Of a stretch of DNA of 64,000 bases, positions 21,601 to 30,105 are shown piece after piece. Numbering within the stretch: position 1 is the first letter of the stretch; every line of letters begins with the position of its first letter. This stretch comes from a virus: positions 1 through 64,000 of IMG/VR virus record IMGVR_UViG_3300021197_001743; one strand, written 5' to 3'. The translations under genes and the position numbers were made by a program. The notes beneath the pieces are model-generated. The model did not search any database. It was not told the DNA's origin and saw only the letters and a program-made list of their open reading frames with translations.

Positions 21601-22003
21601 AATACGAGTTAATTCCTTCGCAAACCGTCGAGAGGGTCTGAGGACCTTGAGGACAAGACATTGCGGACAATATGGTATAGAGAGCCAGTACGGAGCTGTA
21701 TCGAGCACTGGATACGATGTTGAGCCTTCGTTTCACAAACAGCATAGGAATACGTTAGTGACTCCGCGGTCATCGAGTTCTTCAGTTGTAGACACAGAGG
21801 TATTCGACAACATGAACGTAGCGTCATTGTTGCCTCGATCAGATTTTCAATATTCTTGGATCAACAACGCGGTTAGTGGTTCAAATTGGAGAGAGGATCA
21901 AATATTATACGGGTTTGCACCTACAAATGGGCTATTGAGCTCGTCAGTGGGAATTAATGCAGCAATAACCTTCCCAACAGCATCAACATTATTTGGAGTT
22001 TAA
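15683..22003 (+). CDS. Large baseplate wedge protein (gp7-like) with LamG/ConA domains
   Basis: IYKTKGTEKSIRNLIRCFG wedge motif; LamG motifs TIEFWLK, WHHYAVSF, VDEFRYW, IDEIVI. Confidence 0.65.
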   Translation: MSIKNLFGKSIKNYQSASANVESSTFINKEVVERDTYLPPIDFATASNFVKYGSAELYYSNSISRIHDDYPYDGSEAEKISFHQSSSYLDRWMFTNKYPKSTGYINLGTTGYNTSIVDGYGGTATPEYIRTWGGLHTASAGMSDSPIRSTFDKSTKYNAALNRTQNWRVNPSDGSTIEFWLKKDAFNLANTEREVILDLWNGEASSSADYGRLTLELTGGSGATFIATLQSGTAGFYRQAVCDTTIDTASLTNWHHYAVSFTSASTGITTRFYIDGGENLSQTVGTPIGELNGLITGYIGALQTSPSGSAAAATAGKLSASVDEFRYWKTRRTSNDINLNWFTNVGGGSNTDDDTNNISLSVYYKFNEGIVGISSTDQKVLDYSGRIANGHWQGYTSTARNTGSAFTLSSNAFVEGGDPIIYSDHPEVSSLTSEMTTSGSNHDNEQGSSLFSSLPNWMQSEDELSGGNLKSITQILSSYFDTLHSQITALPNLKKKKYTEATEKALPFANRLLTDKGFITKDIFVNSEIVETFANKNTDSKFFSDNVNEIKNLIYTNIYNNLENIYKTKGTEKSIRNLIRCFGVDDEIIKLNVYTDGGTHYFTDKAKATSVKKKYINFDNPDYFSSTMYQTSSTNNALTFISGSTASANGSNNAFTLEADIVVPYKKEELDIGFYNTPFLSSSIFGFHEAIEGDPSDYTWATSTTASLSVYLVRDKLESKDARFIIKSQDGTINLTSSYISDIYNNNHWNLALRVKPDTYPYAGNVTNATPNYTIEFYGVNYNFDELANEIFLTASVSNASGSAFLSNPKRVYAGAHATNFTGSVLQRSDMQIGSVRAWFDYIGDASIQAHNKDPLNFGNLETYRGSNIFTIADKQISSQELTIFNWDFDTVSGSDGSGDFTIDDITSGSSDTIYGWIDNIIRREYRGKGDGFGTSTSTFIENEFLYAQRKELPEISYTNDNIFIKGEEQINFIKDDDVSDNFYMLEKSMNQVVSEEMLKLFSSVQEFANLIGRPVDRYRHNYKRLDKVRQHFFDKVEQDMDPEAFIRYYKWIDASISEMVNQLVPASVNFGTGVTDIVESHILERNKYQRRPGLLDTVQSTEASIRGIEELTYNWKTGHPSTDDNTNCLWQKERKERTDIPDRERIRKVLVNDNNDPAPVLSKPDKTIYQGSTYAIRRLSNPYKFSVDMNNSIHGGTNFSEQKNRDFFKSGITIHGDKGPSNAPRNVVGIGIGFEQGIIERQKCDDIQDPNSKSYFDATVQVGKFTDATSSLPVDASSSYDYLLKASMFWPFNIKSGSLVSGYNSRVSSLYKSDAIFVNIHSDTIDITNEIPIQGPFTQAHVGGAQNRHVNLNKYDSALATANNLDDQYTRPEAWRLLLGDNPLSPHLDGAMGFVGPDYGGPYPDTSRKLAIYNREEKAKRPVNIRNIETELNSPVHGNFQFQYEVFSTFGNQKYLLRREEGSLLPDSISNTLPQTTNYFTLVSQAPYNVGNVFGGGIYSNRQPDTGSLVFQSGTVAVSASGSFSVYGKDFIDSTDTLTVREGTYGTAGSGAPNIVATGSSDTDWYNNLSASVRANSGVTPTYTTSNLVYSQGIEVQARNASFMSASIGSSEIRTGDFAISFWLLMGSGSITMSNTIYRECNDAGAGASTAATDGRNVFINSAGKLRFMTAYNSGGGFVRDIFGYETFRADYFDQRIHVVWSHVATFNSSTAATLYINGVSSSIAAIPSGESVGLVQNTPTDVFFLNRRPTEDRTIYSGGNNSFIDEIVILNTTASQAAVDTLFNCGKRIDPSDLYAVIPSASITQYYGFEDNIINDEDVIPGRGSAPLSLDINNVSTNFKLASGSSGVCVSEPPQANFSLVATASGTSGNGPVSGSVVSSCGSYFNFTDLAGGQDFQPEVSSKANDIVREIPRSDLTSSRHVISTRFSAPGGPEVNSRGYLDIATGQYSVYNSLNYRNLSVRSSGSGEPTTIRVNSFANRREGLRTLRTRHCGQYGIESQYGAVSSTGYDVEPSFHKQHRNTLVTPRSSSSSVVDTEVFDNMNVASLLPRSDFQYSWINNAVSGSNWREDQILYGFAPTNGLLSSSVGINAAITFPTASTLFGV

Positions 22004-22004
22004 G

Positions 22005-25000
22005 ATGGCTAATTATTATCAAGATTTTGTAGGACTGAACACTTTTGTGTATGATATCAGCGATTGGGATAATTTAACAGTAGAAGAGATAGACTATAAC
22101 AATACCAAGACGTCTGGTCTTCCATTAGGGCTAAATACTATCGGGATTAAAGATCCTGCTACTCAAAAAATTGCTATTACAAGCTTTTACTTGAATTACG
22201 TTTTCACAAAACCAAATCTCCCATCATTCGCAGTCGCCGATAACCCAGATGTTTTCAACGCCTTAATGATAAAAAGAAATGGACCATACGGATATCCTTC
22301 ATGGCAGCAGATTAGAGTTGGTAATAACCCATTAACACGAAAGCAACGAGCCAACAACATCTTTACTTATGTCCAAGAGCCCGGAAACAAATACGAAATC
22401 ACAATTAATCAAAAGAACTATAGTCACATAGATCGCTTCGGAGCGATAAACAAGTTTACAGAGCCTGTCGTCGTTGACTCATACAAGCCCCTCGAACTTA
22501 TCGGAGGTCTCAACGTGTACAATCCCAAGATTGATGCTTATGAGACAAAGATGGTGAAGATAAAAACATCATTCGCAAATGAAACAGCGTTCTTCGCGAA
22601 TGATCAAGTGAACCGATACTACGAGACCATCGAGGAATCAGATCAGAATTATGAAAAACTTAAAGAACTTTATCTCAATGGTGGCCTATTAGACGACTCT
22701 TCGCCTTTGGAAATCTTTAATTTGCTAACTTATAAGCAATCCATCTGGCCTAAGCAACAATACCGATACCTCAATAAGACAAGAAGCCGAACTTTCTTTG
22801 TTAACAAATTCTGGAGAGACGTCCGGACAGATAGAACGAATACTTCGGCTGATAATGGCTTTGGCTCTACTGTTCCTTCACAATCAATGTGGCCTCTTGA
22901 TGTTGCTGCCGACTGGTCGACGAGGGGAATACCCTCACAGTCTACCAACGGCTCCGCCGCTGACATTTATGGGTATTACATTGGTGCTGTTGTAGGTGGT
23001 TTAGCTATAACAAACATACTCGGCTTTAATACGGGAGAGGACAGTGGAGTGGCACTCGTACCACCAAGAGCATCTTCTTCATTGGGAGGCGCTGGTGTAT
23101 TGATGAACTCTTATTCGCATGTTGGAAGAGGGTATTATACTTCTGCCGGAACACCTACTTACGGGGCTAGTCCGGAGATCATACCAGAAGGCGGCTCCCC
23201 CGGACCTTCTGGTTTAAATCTAGATAACCTATTGTCAGCATCTTGCTTTTATGCTAAAAGACACACGATCAATCTACAAGAGTCCGTTGTTTCACCATCA
23301 GGAATGAATTTGTCCGAAGTTACGAGATCGAATTCTATAGCAACGGGGTCTTTATTTGAAGGGCTCGCAACATGGGATGCTCCAGTACAAGCCGGGAAGA
23401 ATCCTTTTTATGATTCATATGAAGACTTCGCACAGAATATTAGACTTAAGGGTCAAGGATACTCTATAGTTCCGGAATTTCGAATTAGTTCACACGTCGA
23501 AACATATGAGACCCTAGGGATCACCGAAGAGTTATCTTCTATTTTCGAAATCTCTGGTGCACTTAAATCGAATACGACAACTTCTAACTCATCTACGTTT
23601 TATGAGGTGCTAAGTACATCAGATTTCCTTAAACATTTTGATTTAATAAAGAAAGACCATGAAGACTTCACTTCCCCTTCGGTTCTTACTTTAAAATGCA
23701 AGGCTGTCAAGAAATTCCTACCTTACGAAGGGTTCTACCCAGCAAACAGAACTACGCAAATAGCCCAACAATTCTATAGTTCACATAAAGATGCGATATC
23801 AGCATTTAGTATAGGAGGGAATCCAACAACAGGTTCTTCGAATTATGCCAATCAAGTAGTATTAGAACCTCTCTTCGCACCCGGAGTACTGTTCAATACA
23901 ATAAAGTCAGGTGTCGCTTGTGATTACCCCGTCATTTTCGATGCCGATAATGCCGCAACAGCTTCTTATGATTACGCAAAAGGAACAGGCTCGGACAAAA
24001 TAAACTATGTAATTACAGGATCGGATCTTAGTTTGAGCTCAAGTGGGTACTATGATAGTATTTTCAGCACCAGAATTCCATTTGAAGCACTAGTGGAGCC
24101 AGAAAGGTACATGGCCAATAAAGACTTTAGCATTCAGGAGCCTCACCCTTTTGGCATCGGCGGAGAAGGCGTTACGGCTATCTGGAGCGGCGATGGCGAT
24201 AACTTGTATAAAAAAATGGCAAACAATTTTCTGGCTGAAGTACCAGAGTTTTTCCTGAAGAGCCAGAACTTTACAACATTGTCCTCGCTAGAATCATCCA
24301 ATCCAGAGTTTGGTAATGCAATTTCGGGTAATTATTATGTCATGAGAGTGAAGATGTATCATTCGCGAGACAAAGCAAATGATCAACTACCAGCTTTGAA
24401 TGATGAATTCATCCAGCCACCCCAAGATTTATATCCAAGAAGAGAAGTTAGAGAAACGTTTACTATGTATTCCCGACCAACTGCTTTTGGGTCTTCAACA
24501 TGGGGTGGAGGAACCGGCTCTTACACGTATGACTCAATTGATTATAATTTTTCTGGGTCTGATTCTCTCAGTGGGTTTAATTTTCCATATACTGCCCCTT
24601 ATTATCATGGAGAAGGCTGGTGTGATTTAATTTTCAAGCCAACCGAGACCAAGAAATATACATTGAGCGAAATCCTTACAGATGTACAAAAGTTTCCATA
24701 TTATACCCGCTTCTGGTGGCCCGGAGAGAATGATGCAATTAGAGATCTGGCCGGTGTAGCTGCATTAAAGGCCTCGTCTAATGGATATACTGGCTCTTAT
24801 GATTCTTACGATCAATCTCCTTGGGTCGAGCTTCCAGCATCAACAGGGAGTGCACTACCGCCTGCTTTATATTACACCACGACAAATTGGTCCAACACTC
24901 CAACAAGCGATATCAGACCCTTGAGGAACGATACATATTATGGACCGCAGCATCCGTCTGTTTTAAATTATAATGCAATGCAATTAAAATCGAGCGTCAA

Positions 25001-26237
25001 TTTATTTGGAAAAGCCCAGTCTATCTCAAAACGCCTCACGACGGATGGATCGGAGACTAATATAGAGGTTTTTTCTGAGGGAACAACTGAGGCAAAATCT
25101 CAATGGGTCATACAGCCAAAATTTGAAACCCCAATGTTAAACTTCAATAAGTACACAAATTTAGATGAAAACAGCTGTACTAAGCCTTTGTATGCTTCTG
25201 AATCTGTTGCAAGAGGAATGTGGCACCAGTATGGTGAATTGCCTGCTCAAAATGAAGGAGTATATCTTCAGGTTGACGACATACCTCAGCCATGGCTCGC
25301 CGGCGCTTTAAATGTAGACAAGGTGGAACTTAAAAACAAAGTTCGTTCCCTTGCTGATCTCTGCGGCTTCGACAAGAACCCCGTTAAGCTCGGACAAGTC
25401 GGAGAAGTAAAACAAATATCCGAAGCGGTTGTTGCTGTTCCTTTTATCGAGAAAGACGCAACAAGGCAATTCTTCACTATTCCAAGAGCAGATATTGATG
25501 ATACCCTCTCGGCATTACAAAGAGAAGTGGAGCCCGGCAGTTATGTGCTCGGAGGACCTCCAAAGGTTGGAAACACAATTATCGATATGGTTAAGAAAAT
25601 GCAGCGGTATGTGTTCCCTCCATCAATGGACTTCGTAAGATACAACCAAATCCAGCCATTTGCGATGTATGTTTTTGAATTCACTCACAACTTATCTAAG
25701 AAAGACCTTGCAGATATATGGCAGAATCTCCCACCAGATATTGGAACATCATTTGACGAAGCCGAAGCTTCAATTTCCCATGAGCTACTCGCACATGAAT
25801 TGCTTGGAGGTGGATCAGTAATTAAAGATGGCAAGCTTGATGAAAATGCAGAGGGGAACGAGTTGCCTTCAAGCATCCAGTGGATGGTATTCAAAGTCAA
25901 GCGACGTGCACAAACCAAATACTTCGATAAAGTAGTTCAAAACACTGGTCGTCTTCCTAAGCCTGCATTGCAATTGGCGGCTGAAAGAGATGAAGATAAA
26001 GATAAGAGAGCCCAAGGTGAAGATCCTGATATCACATACAACTGGCCTTACGATTTCTTTTCGCTCGTTGAACTAGTTAAATTAGATGCTGAGGTCACTC
26101 TTGCAAATGTTGAAAATGACGACAAGGGCAACAAGGTATTTAAAGAAATAAACAAAAAAGACACAACTAGTGATGCCGGCGGTAAGCGATCTCAAGCGAT
26201 CTCAGAAGCAAGAGGAAACAAGAAGGACGGGAAATGA
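22005..26237 (+). CDS. Large structural (baseplate/tail) protein
   Basis: ~1410-aa ORF in the structural operon; ATG 22005 follows a GGAG RBS. Confidence 0.55.
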   Translation: MANYYQDFVGLNTFVYDISDWDNLTVEEIDYNNTKTSGLPLGLNTIGIKDPATQKIAITSFYLNYVFTKPNLPSFAVADNPDVFNALMIKRNGPYGYPSWQQIRVGNNPLTRKQRANNIFTYVQEPGNKYEITINQKNYSHIDRFGAINKFTEPVVVDSYKPLELIGGLNVYNPKIDAYETKMVKIKTSFANETAFFANDQVNRYYETIEESDQNYEKLKELYLNGGLLDDSSPLEIFNLLTYKQSIWPKQQYRYLNKTRSRTFFVNKFWRDVRTDRTNTSADNGFGSTVPSQSMWPLDVAADWSTRGIPSQSTNGSAADIYGYYIGAVVGGLAITNILGFNTGEDSGVALVPPRASSSLGGAGVLMNSYSHVGRGYYTSAGTPTYGASPEIIPEGGSPGPSGLNLDNLLSASCFYAKRHTINLQESVVSPSGMNLSEVTRSNSIATGSLFEGLATWDAPVQAGKNPFYDSYEDFAQNIRLKGQGYSIVPEFRISSHVETYETLGITEELSSIFEISGALKSNTTTSNSSTFYEVLSTSDFLKHFDLIKKDHEDFTSPSVLTLKCKAVKKFLPYEGFYPANRTTQIAQQFYSSHKDAISAFSIGGNPTTGSSNYANQVVLEPLFAPGVLFNTIKSGVACDYPVIFDADNAATASYDYAKGTGSDKINYVITGSDLSLSSSGYYDSIFSTRIPFEALVEPERYMANKDFSIQEPHPFGIGGEGVTAIWSGDGDNLYKKMANNFLAEVPEFFLKSQNFTTLSSLESSNPEFGNAISGNYYVMRVKMYHSRDKANDQLPALNDEFIQPPQDLYPRREVRETFTMYSRPTAFGSSTWGGGTGSYTYDSIDYNFSGSDSLSGFNFPYTAPYYHGEGWCDLIFKPTETKKYTLSEILTDVQKFPYYTRFWWPGENDAIRDLAGVAALKASSNGYTGSYDSYDQSPWVELPASTGSALPPALYYTTTNWSNTPTSDIRPLRNDTYYGPQHPSVLNYNAMQLKSSVNLFGKAQSISKRLTTDGSETNIEVFSEGTTEAKSQWVIQPKFETPMLNFNKYTNLDENSCTKPLYASESVARGMWHQYGELPAQNEGVYLQVDDIPQPWLAGALNVDKVELKNKVRSLADLCGFDKNPVKLGQVGEVKQISEAVVAVPFIEKDATRQFFTIPRADIDDTLSALQREVEPGSYVLGGPPKVGNTIIDMVKKMQRYVFPPSMDFVRYNQIQPFAMYVFEFTHNLSKKDLADIWQNLPPDIGTSFDEAEASISHELLAHELLGGGSVIKDGKLDENAEGNELPSSIQWMVFKVKRRAQTKYFDKVVQNTGRLPKPALQLAAERDEDKDKRAQGEDPDITYNWPYDFFSLVELVKLDAEVTLANVENDDKGNKVFKEINKKDTTSDAGGKRSQAISEARGNKKDGK

Positions 26238-27190
26238 CATTTTTTAATAAGAAAGAAGACGTTATTGGCATCGAGCTAACCCCGTATGGAAGAAGTTTGT
26301 TGTCCAAAGGCAAGCTCGAACCAGTCTATTATGCTTTTTTTGATGACGACATATTATATGATTCGGCTGCTGGTGGCTTCACCGAGACTAACAACCTAAT
26401 AGAAGCTCGAATTATTGATGAAACACCAAGAGTAAGGCCGCCTCGAGATCTAACTTCGGTAGAAGGTAGTATCTTTACGTACGAAAGGTCTGAAGATGAA
26501 ACTCGTCCGCACACAAGAATGAAATTGAACTATATGACAGAGCCTATGGGAACTTCGGATCAGACCAGTGATGATGCTCCCTCTTGGAAAGCAACCTTTA
26601 TTCAAGGCGAGATAACCGGATCAGTCCAGACGACCTTAACCGGATCAGATAAATATATCCGGCAGATCCCACAAATTGAATCAGTGATCGAATACACCAT
26701 GCAAATTAGAAATACTAGCGATGACCCACCTGTTCGAGGACAGAAAGTGTCGCCACAACGACCGGTTTCCCAAGTATTCCAAGATGGAACATATGTCGAG
26801 GTTCTAGAAGAACAAGTCCTTAGTCAACTTAGAGAGATTGCTGGGTTCAACTTTAAAGATAGTCTAGAGGTAGAGGTCTTCTTGTATGACGATACAGCAG
26901 AAGAAAACTTAATTCCTTTAAAGTTTACACCAAGAAACGATCAAATTGTCGATGGTATTTTGCTGGATGAAGTTAGGGCTACGCAGGTTGATATCGACCC
27001 AACGTATGTTGAATATTATATTAATTTCAACACAGATGGAAATATCCCATCCGCCGATATATGCGAGGGAATTAAGGAATTAAAAGCCAACGATATACAA
27101 GTTAATATCGAGGTGGATTGCCCTGATATGGAGTCTGTTGACTTTGATATCTACGGAACAAGAGTTACAGATGTGGAGATATGTGAGTAA
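26234..27190 (+). CDS. Baseplate structural protein
   Basis: N-terminal LTPYGRSLLSKG...YAFFDDDILY resembles 32128. Confidence 0.55.
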   Translation: MTFFNKKEDVIGIELTPYGRSLLSKGKLEPVYYAFFDDDILYDSAAGGFTETNNLIEARIIDETPRVRPPRDLTSVEGSIFTYERSEDETRPHTRMKLNYMTEPMGTSDQTSDDAPSWKATFIQGEITGSVQTTLTGSDKYIRQIPQIESVIEYTMQIRNTSDDPPVRGQKVSPQRPVSQVFQDGTYVEVLEEQVLSQLREIAGFNFKDSLEVEVFLYDDTAEENLIPLKFTPRNDQIVDGILLDEVRATQVDIDPTYVEYYINFNTDGNIPSADICEGIKELKANDIQVNIEVDCPDMESVDFDIYGTRVTDVEICE

Positions 27191-30105
27191 TGCCTAGTCA
27201 GATTGTTGGTTTAGAAAATCTTCCGAATGTTTATATAACGAAGATAACAATGGAAGATAACAATACGGAATCTTTCAACGTAAATGTGCACCTAGAACTA
27301 AAGGATCGCAAGGATAACGGAAATGAAATCTGGTCTATGAACCAAGACTTGCAAAAATTCATTAAAGTATGCTTGATACAAACAACAAATGTTAATTTGT
27401 CCAATTCTTTAACTACTGGTGTCTTAAGTCCTTTGCCTAATAGTGTTGTGCAATCATCGTTTTACGATGAAACTACATCAATTTATCAAGCGCCTGTTAT
27501 TGAATTCACAAAGACTATGGAAGATGATGTTAGCTCCTTTAACAGAAAGTTTAATTTCATATCAGACAATGACGTAGAGAACTTGGTTGTGTTTGCATTT
27601 TGTTATCTGGACACAATGGCGGTTTCTAATTTTTATGATATAGAGTTATCCGGCGAGTTAGGGCAATACTTCGGAGCATTAGCTTCTGAGAGAATATTTG
27701 AAAATAAAATAATTGTTTCAAAATCAAATTTGTTTTTTAGTCCGGACAACACAGTGTGGAAAGGTCCTGTCCATTTTCACCCACCAACTGGGTACATGCA
27801 GGGATCCTTACATAGCGGCGTTCCGCATTCTCAATTAAGATTAGAAGAAGTAGACAATTTAAAGATTGTCGATAATAGAACTTTACTCTCCGACCCACGA
27901 GGAGAGATTTCGACCACAAGAGACCCATTATTCAGTGAATTGTACTACTCCATGGATAAAAACACAAACTTATCGGGAATGTTTTCGTTTAATTTGAAAC
28001 AATTCGCCCTAACTAAGTCCAAGTATGGAAGAAGAATATTTGGCTTAAGTAAAGAATTGTTTAATGAATTTTTGGATACAATAACAATAAACTCAATGGC
28101 AATCATAAGACAACAAGTTAAAACAAGAAAAGTTGCGAATCCGCTAGGGACACCATCGATAGGAACCGACAATATTAATTCCTTTGATTATATTACGACA
28201 ACAATAGAGAATGTTTCCAATTCACTTGAGGAAACGAATAAAGTCAAGCAAATATATTTAAATAGCGACACTTCAATGCGACACTACAGCTTCAACGATA
28301 CCTCTCTGACATCGAAAAGTAAGGGTCAATTTAAATACAAGGTTGAGATCTCAATTGTAGATAAGTCCCAAGAATTTATGGAGAAAAAGATTGAAGATTT
28401 AAATCTAGCTCTCAATGATTTACAGCAAGCAACAACATTCCTAGCCAGTCCATCGCGATATAATTATGATCTCAAGAGTCTAAAGCTAGATGTTGCAATG
28501 CCAGACAGTATTGTTAATTCAATTACCCAATATTATCAAGCATACTCTATATTGTACAAGATTACAAAAAAAGAAGAACAAGATCTTATATCCAACAAGC
28601 TCACGGCTTTCTCCTTAGGTAATTACACGACATCAGTCGGCAACAGATTCTTAGATGAATATAATATATTGTCAAATGAATTCGCCAAGAAATTTAAAAT
28701 ATATGAGAAACAAGGTACCACAACCAAGCCAAGAAATATAAAGAAATCATTCTTGCCTAATTTAATTTTCGTTTCAAAAGAATTCCAAGACGTGATCCAA
28801 TTCAGCGACTTTAGAAGATCATATGATTATCTTGGATCAGAAACTGAGGGTATGGTTGTGTTATCTCTAGAGGATTATAATAAAAGGGCGAACATGGAAA
28901 TTAATCGCTTCTTCGACACCACCAAGAGCTTCAGATCCGAAGATTATGATAACTTAGACGTTTCCATTGCAAATGCGCTCAAAGATGTATCTCGAGCCAA
29001 ATTTCTTTTCTTTTCTCCCATCATGTTTAATTTTGATAATGAAGAAGTTAGCGTGATGGAGTTGGACAAATTAGATACAAAAAAATTAACATCAGAGTTT
29101 ATCAAGTCTTTCGAGGTATCCAATTTGCAAATTACACCGTTCAGAAGAGCATTCGGTAAAAAACCTTCCAGAGGAACCCCAAAGAAATCAATACCAAAGA
29201 CAAACAAGTTAGGTTCGTTTTCGGTCTCTCGAACTCGAATGGTTCCAAAAATAAACAATCTTCAAGACCAAGAAATAATAACCAGTAGCGAGTATTTGGG
29301 TGATAACTCTGACTTTGTTCCCGCCAGTGATAACTTTGAAAAAACACCAGAAGAAGCGGAAATAAACGAGAGAATAGAGAGCTCCCTAGAGGTTTCAACT
29401 AATTTTGTAACTGATACGTCTAGAAATAATTTCGACTTGTCAATCTCAAGCACTCCGTTGTACAATACAATAAATTCAAAAACATTCTCTACTAGTGTGT
29501 TTTTAAAAGCACCGATGGCTTTCAAAGCTCTCGTTGGATCCCGATCCCGAGCAGCAAGGAACAATATTCTGTCTTCTAGGGTTGATATAATGTCCGATAG
29601 TGATACAAAAATAGCCTCAGAGATACTTTTCCAATCCATACAAAAAGTAGAGGTGTTATCTGGGTACGAAAAGAACCAAAATGGAAATCATAATCTCGCA
29701 AGACCAATTTGGACCGAGATCGATATGGCTTCGTTAACAGATCAGTCGAGCGTCCTATGCAGAATGTCCTATGCAGAAATCCCAGAATTGGGTCTGAGGA
29801 CCTCCAAGGACTTCAGATTACCGGTTCTTAATCAAACATTTGTTATTTCAAATCAGGATATAACAACCACACGTACATCGCCAACACCAGAGGCAACTCA
29901 AGAGCCCCAGAATATGCAGAATGACTTATCATCTCAAATAAAGTATGCTACTACCAATATTGTTGTGCAAAGCCCTGACAAAACAGCAATAGAAGGCGTT
30001 CTCGAGGAACAAGAACAACCGACTGTTGCTCCTGTTCGAAATGTAGCAGAGGCCCCAAGAGCACCACGTCGGGGCACATCTTTTACAACAGGAGGATCCT
30101 ACTGA
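27190..30105 (+). CDS. hypothetical structural-module protein
   Basis: 971-aa ORF with His-rich GPVHFH...MQGSLH...PH motif. Confidence 0.55.
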   Translation: MPSQIVGLENLPNVYITKITMEDNNTESFNVNVHLELKDRKDNGNEIWSMNQDLQKFIKVCLIQTTNVNLSNSLTTGVLSPLPNSVVQSSFYDETTSIYQAPVIEFTKTMEDDVSSFNRKFNFISDNDVENLVVFAFCYLDTMAVSNFYDIELSGELGQYFGALASERIFENKIIVSKSNLFFSPDNTVWKGPVHFHPPTGYMQGSLHSGVPHSQLRLEEVDNLKIVDNRTLLSDPRGEISTTRDPLFSELYYSMDKNTNLSGMFSFNLKQFALTKSKYGRRIFGLSKELFNEFLDTITINSMAIIRQQVKTRKVANPLGTPSIGTDNINSFDYITTTIENVSNSLEETNKVKQIYLNSDTSMRHYSFNDTSLTSKSKGQFKYKVEISIVDKSQEFMEKKIEDLNLALNDLQQATTFLASPSRYNYDLKSLKLDVAMPDSIVNSITQYYQAYSILYKITKKEEQDLISNKLTAFSLGNYTTSVGNRFLDEYNILSNEFAKKFKIYEKQGTTTKPRNIKKSFLPNLIFVSKEFQDVIQFSDFRRSYDYLGSETEGMVVLSLEDYNKRANMEINRFFDTTKSFRSEDYDNLDVSIANALKDVSRAKFLFFSPIMFNFDNEEVSVMELDKLDTKKLTSEFIKSFEVSNLQITPFRRAFGKKPSRGTPKKSIPKTNKLGSFSVSRTRMVPKINNLQDQEIITSSEYLGDNSDFVPASDNFEKTPEEAEINERIESSLEVSTNFVTDTSRNNFDLSISSTPLYNTINSKTFSTSVFLKAPMAFKALVGSRSRAARNNILSSRVDIMSDSDTKIASEILFQSIQKVEVLSGYEKNQNGNHNLARPIWTEIDMASLTDQSSVLCRMSYAEIPELGLRTSKDFRLPVLNQTFVISNQDITTTRTSPTPEATQEPQNMQNDLSSQIKYATTNIVVQSPDKTAIEGVLEEQEQPTVAPVRNVAEAPRAPRRGTSFTTGGSY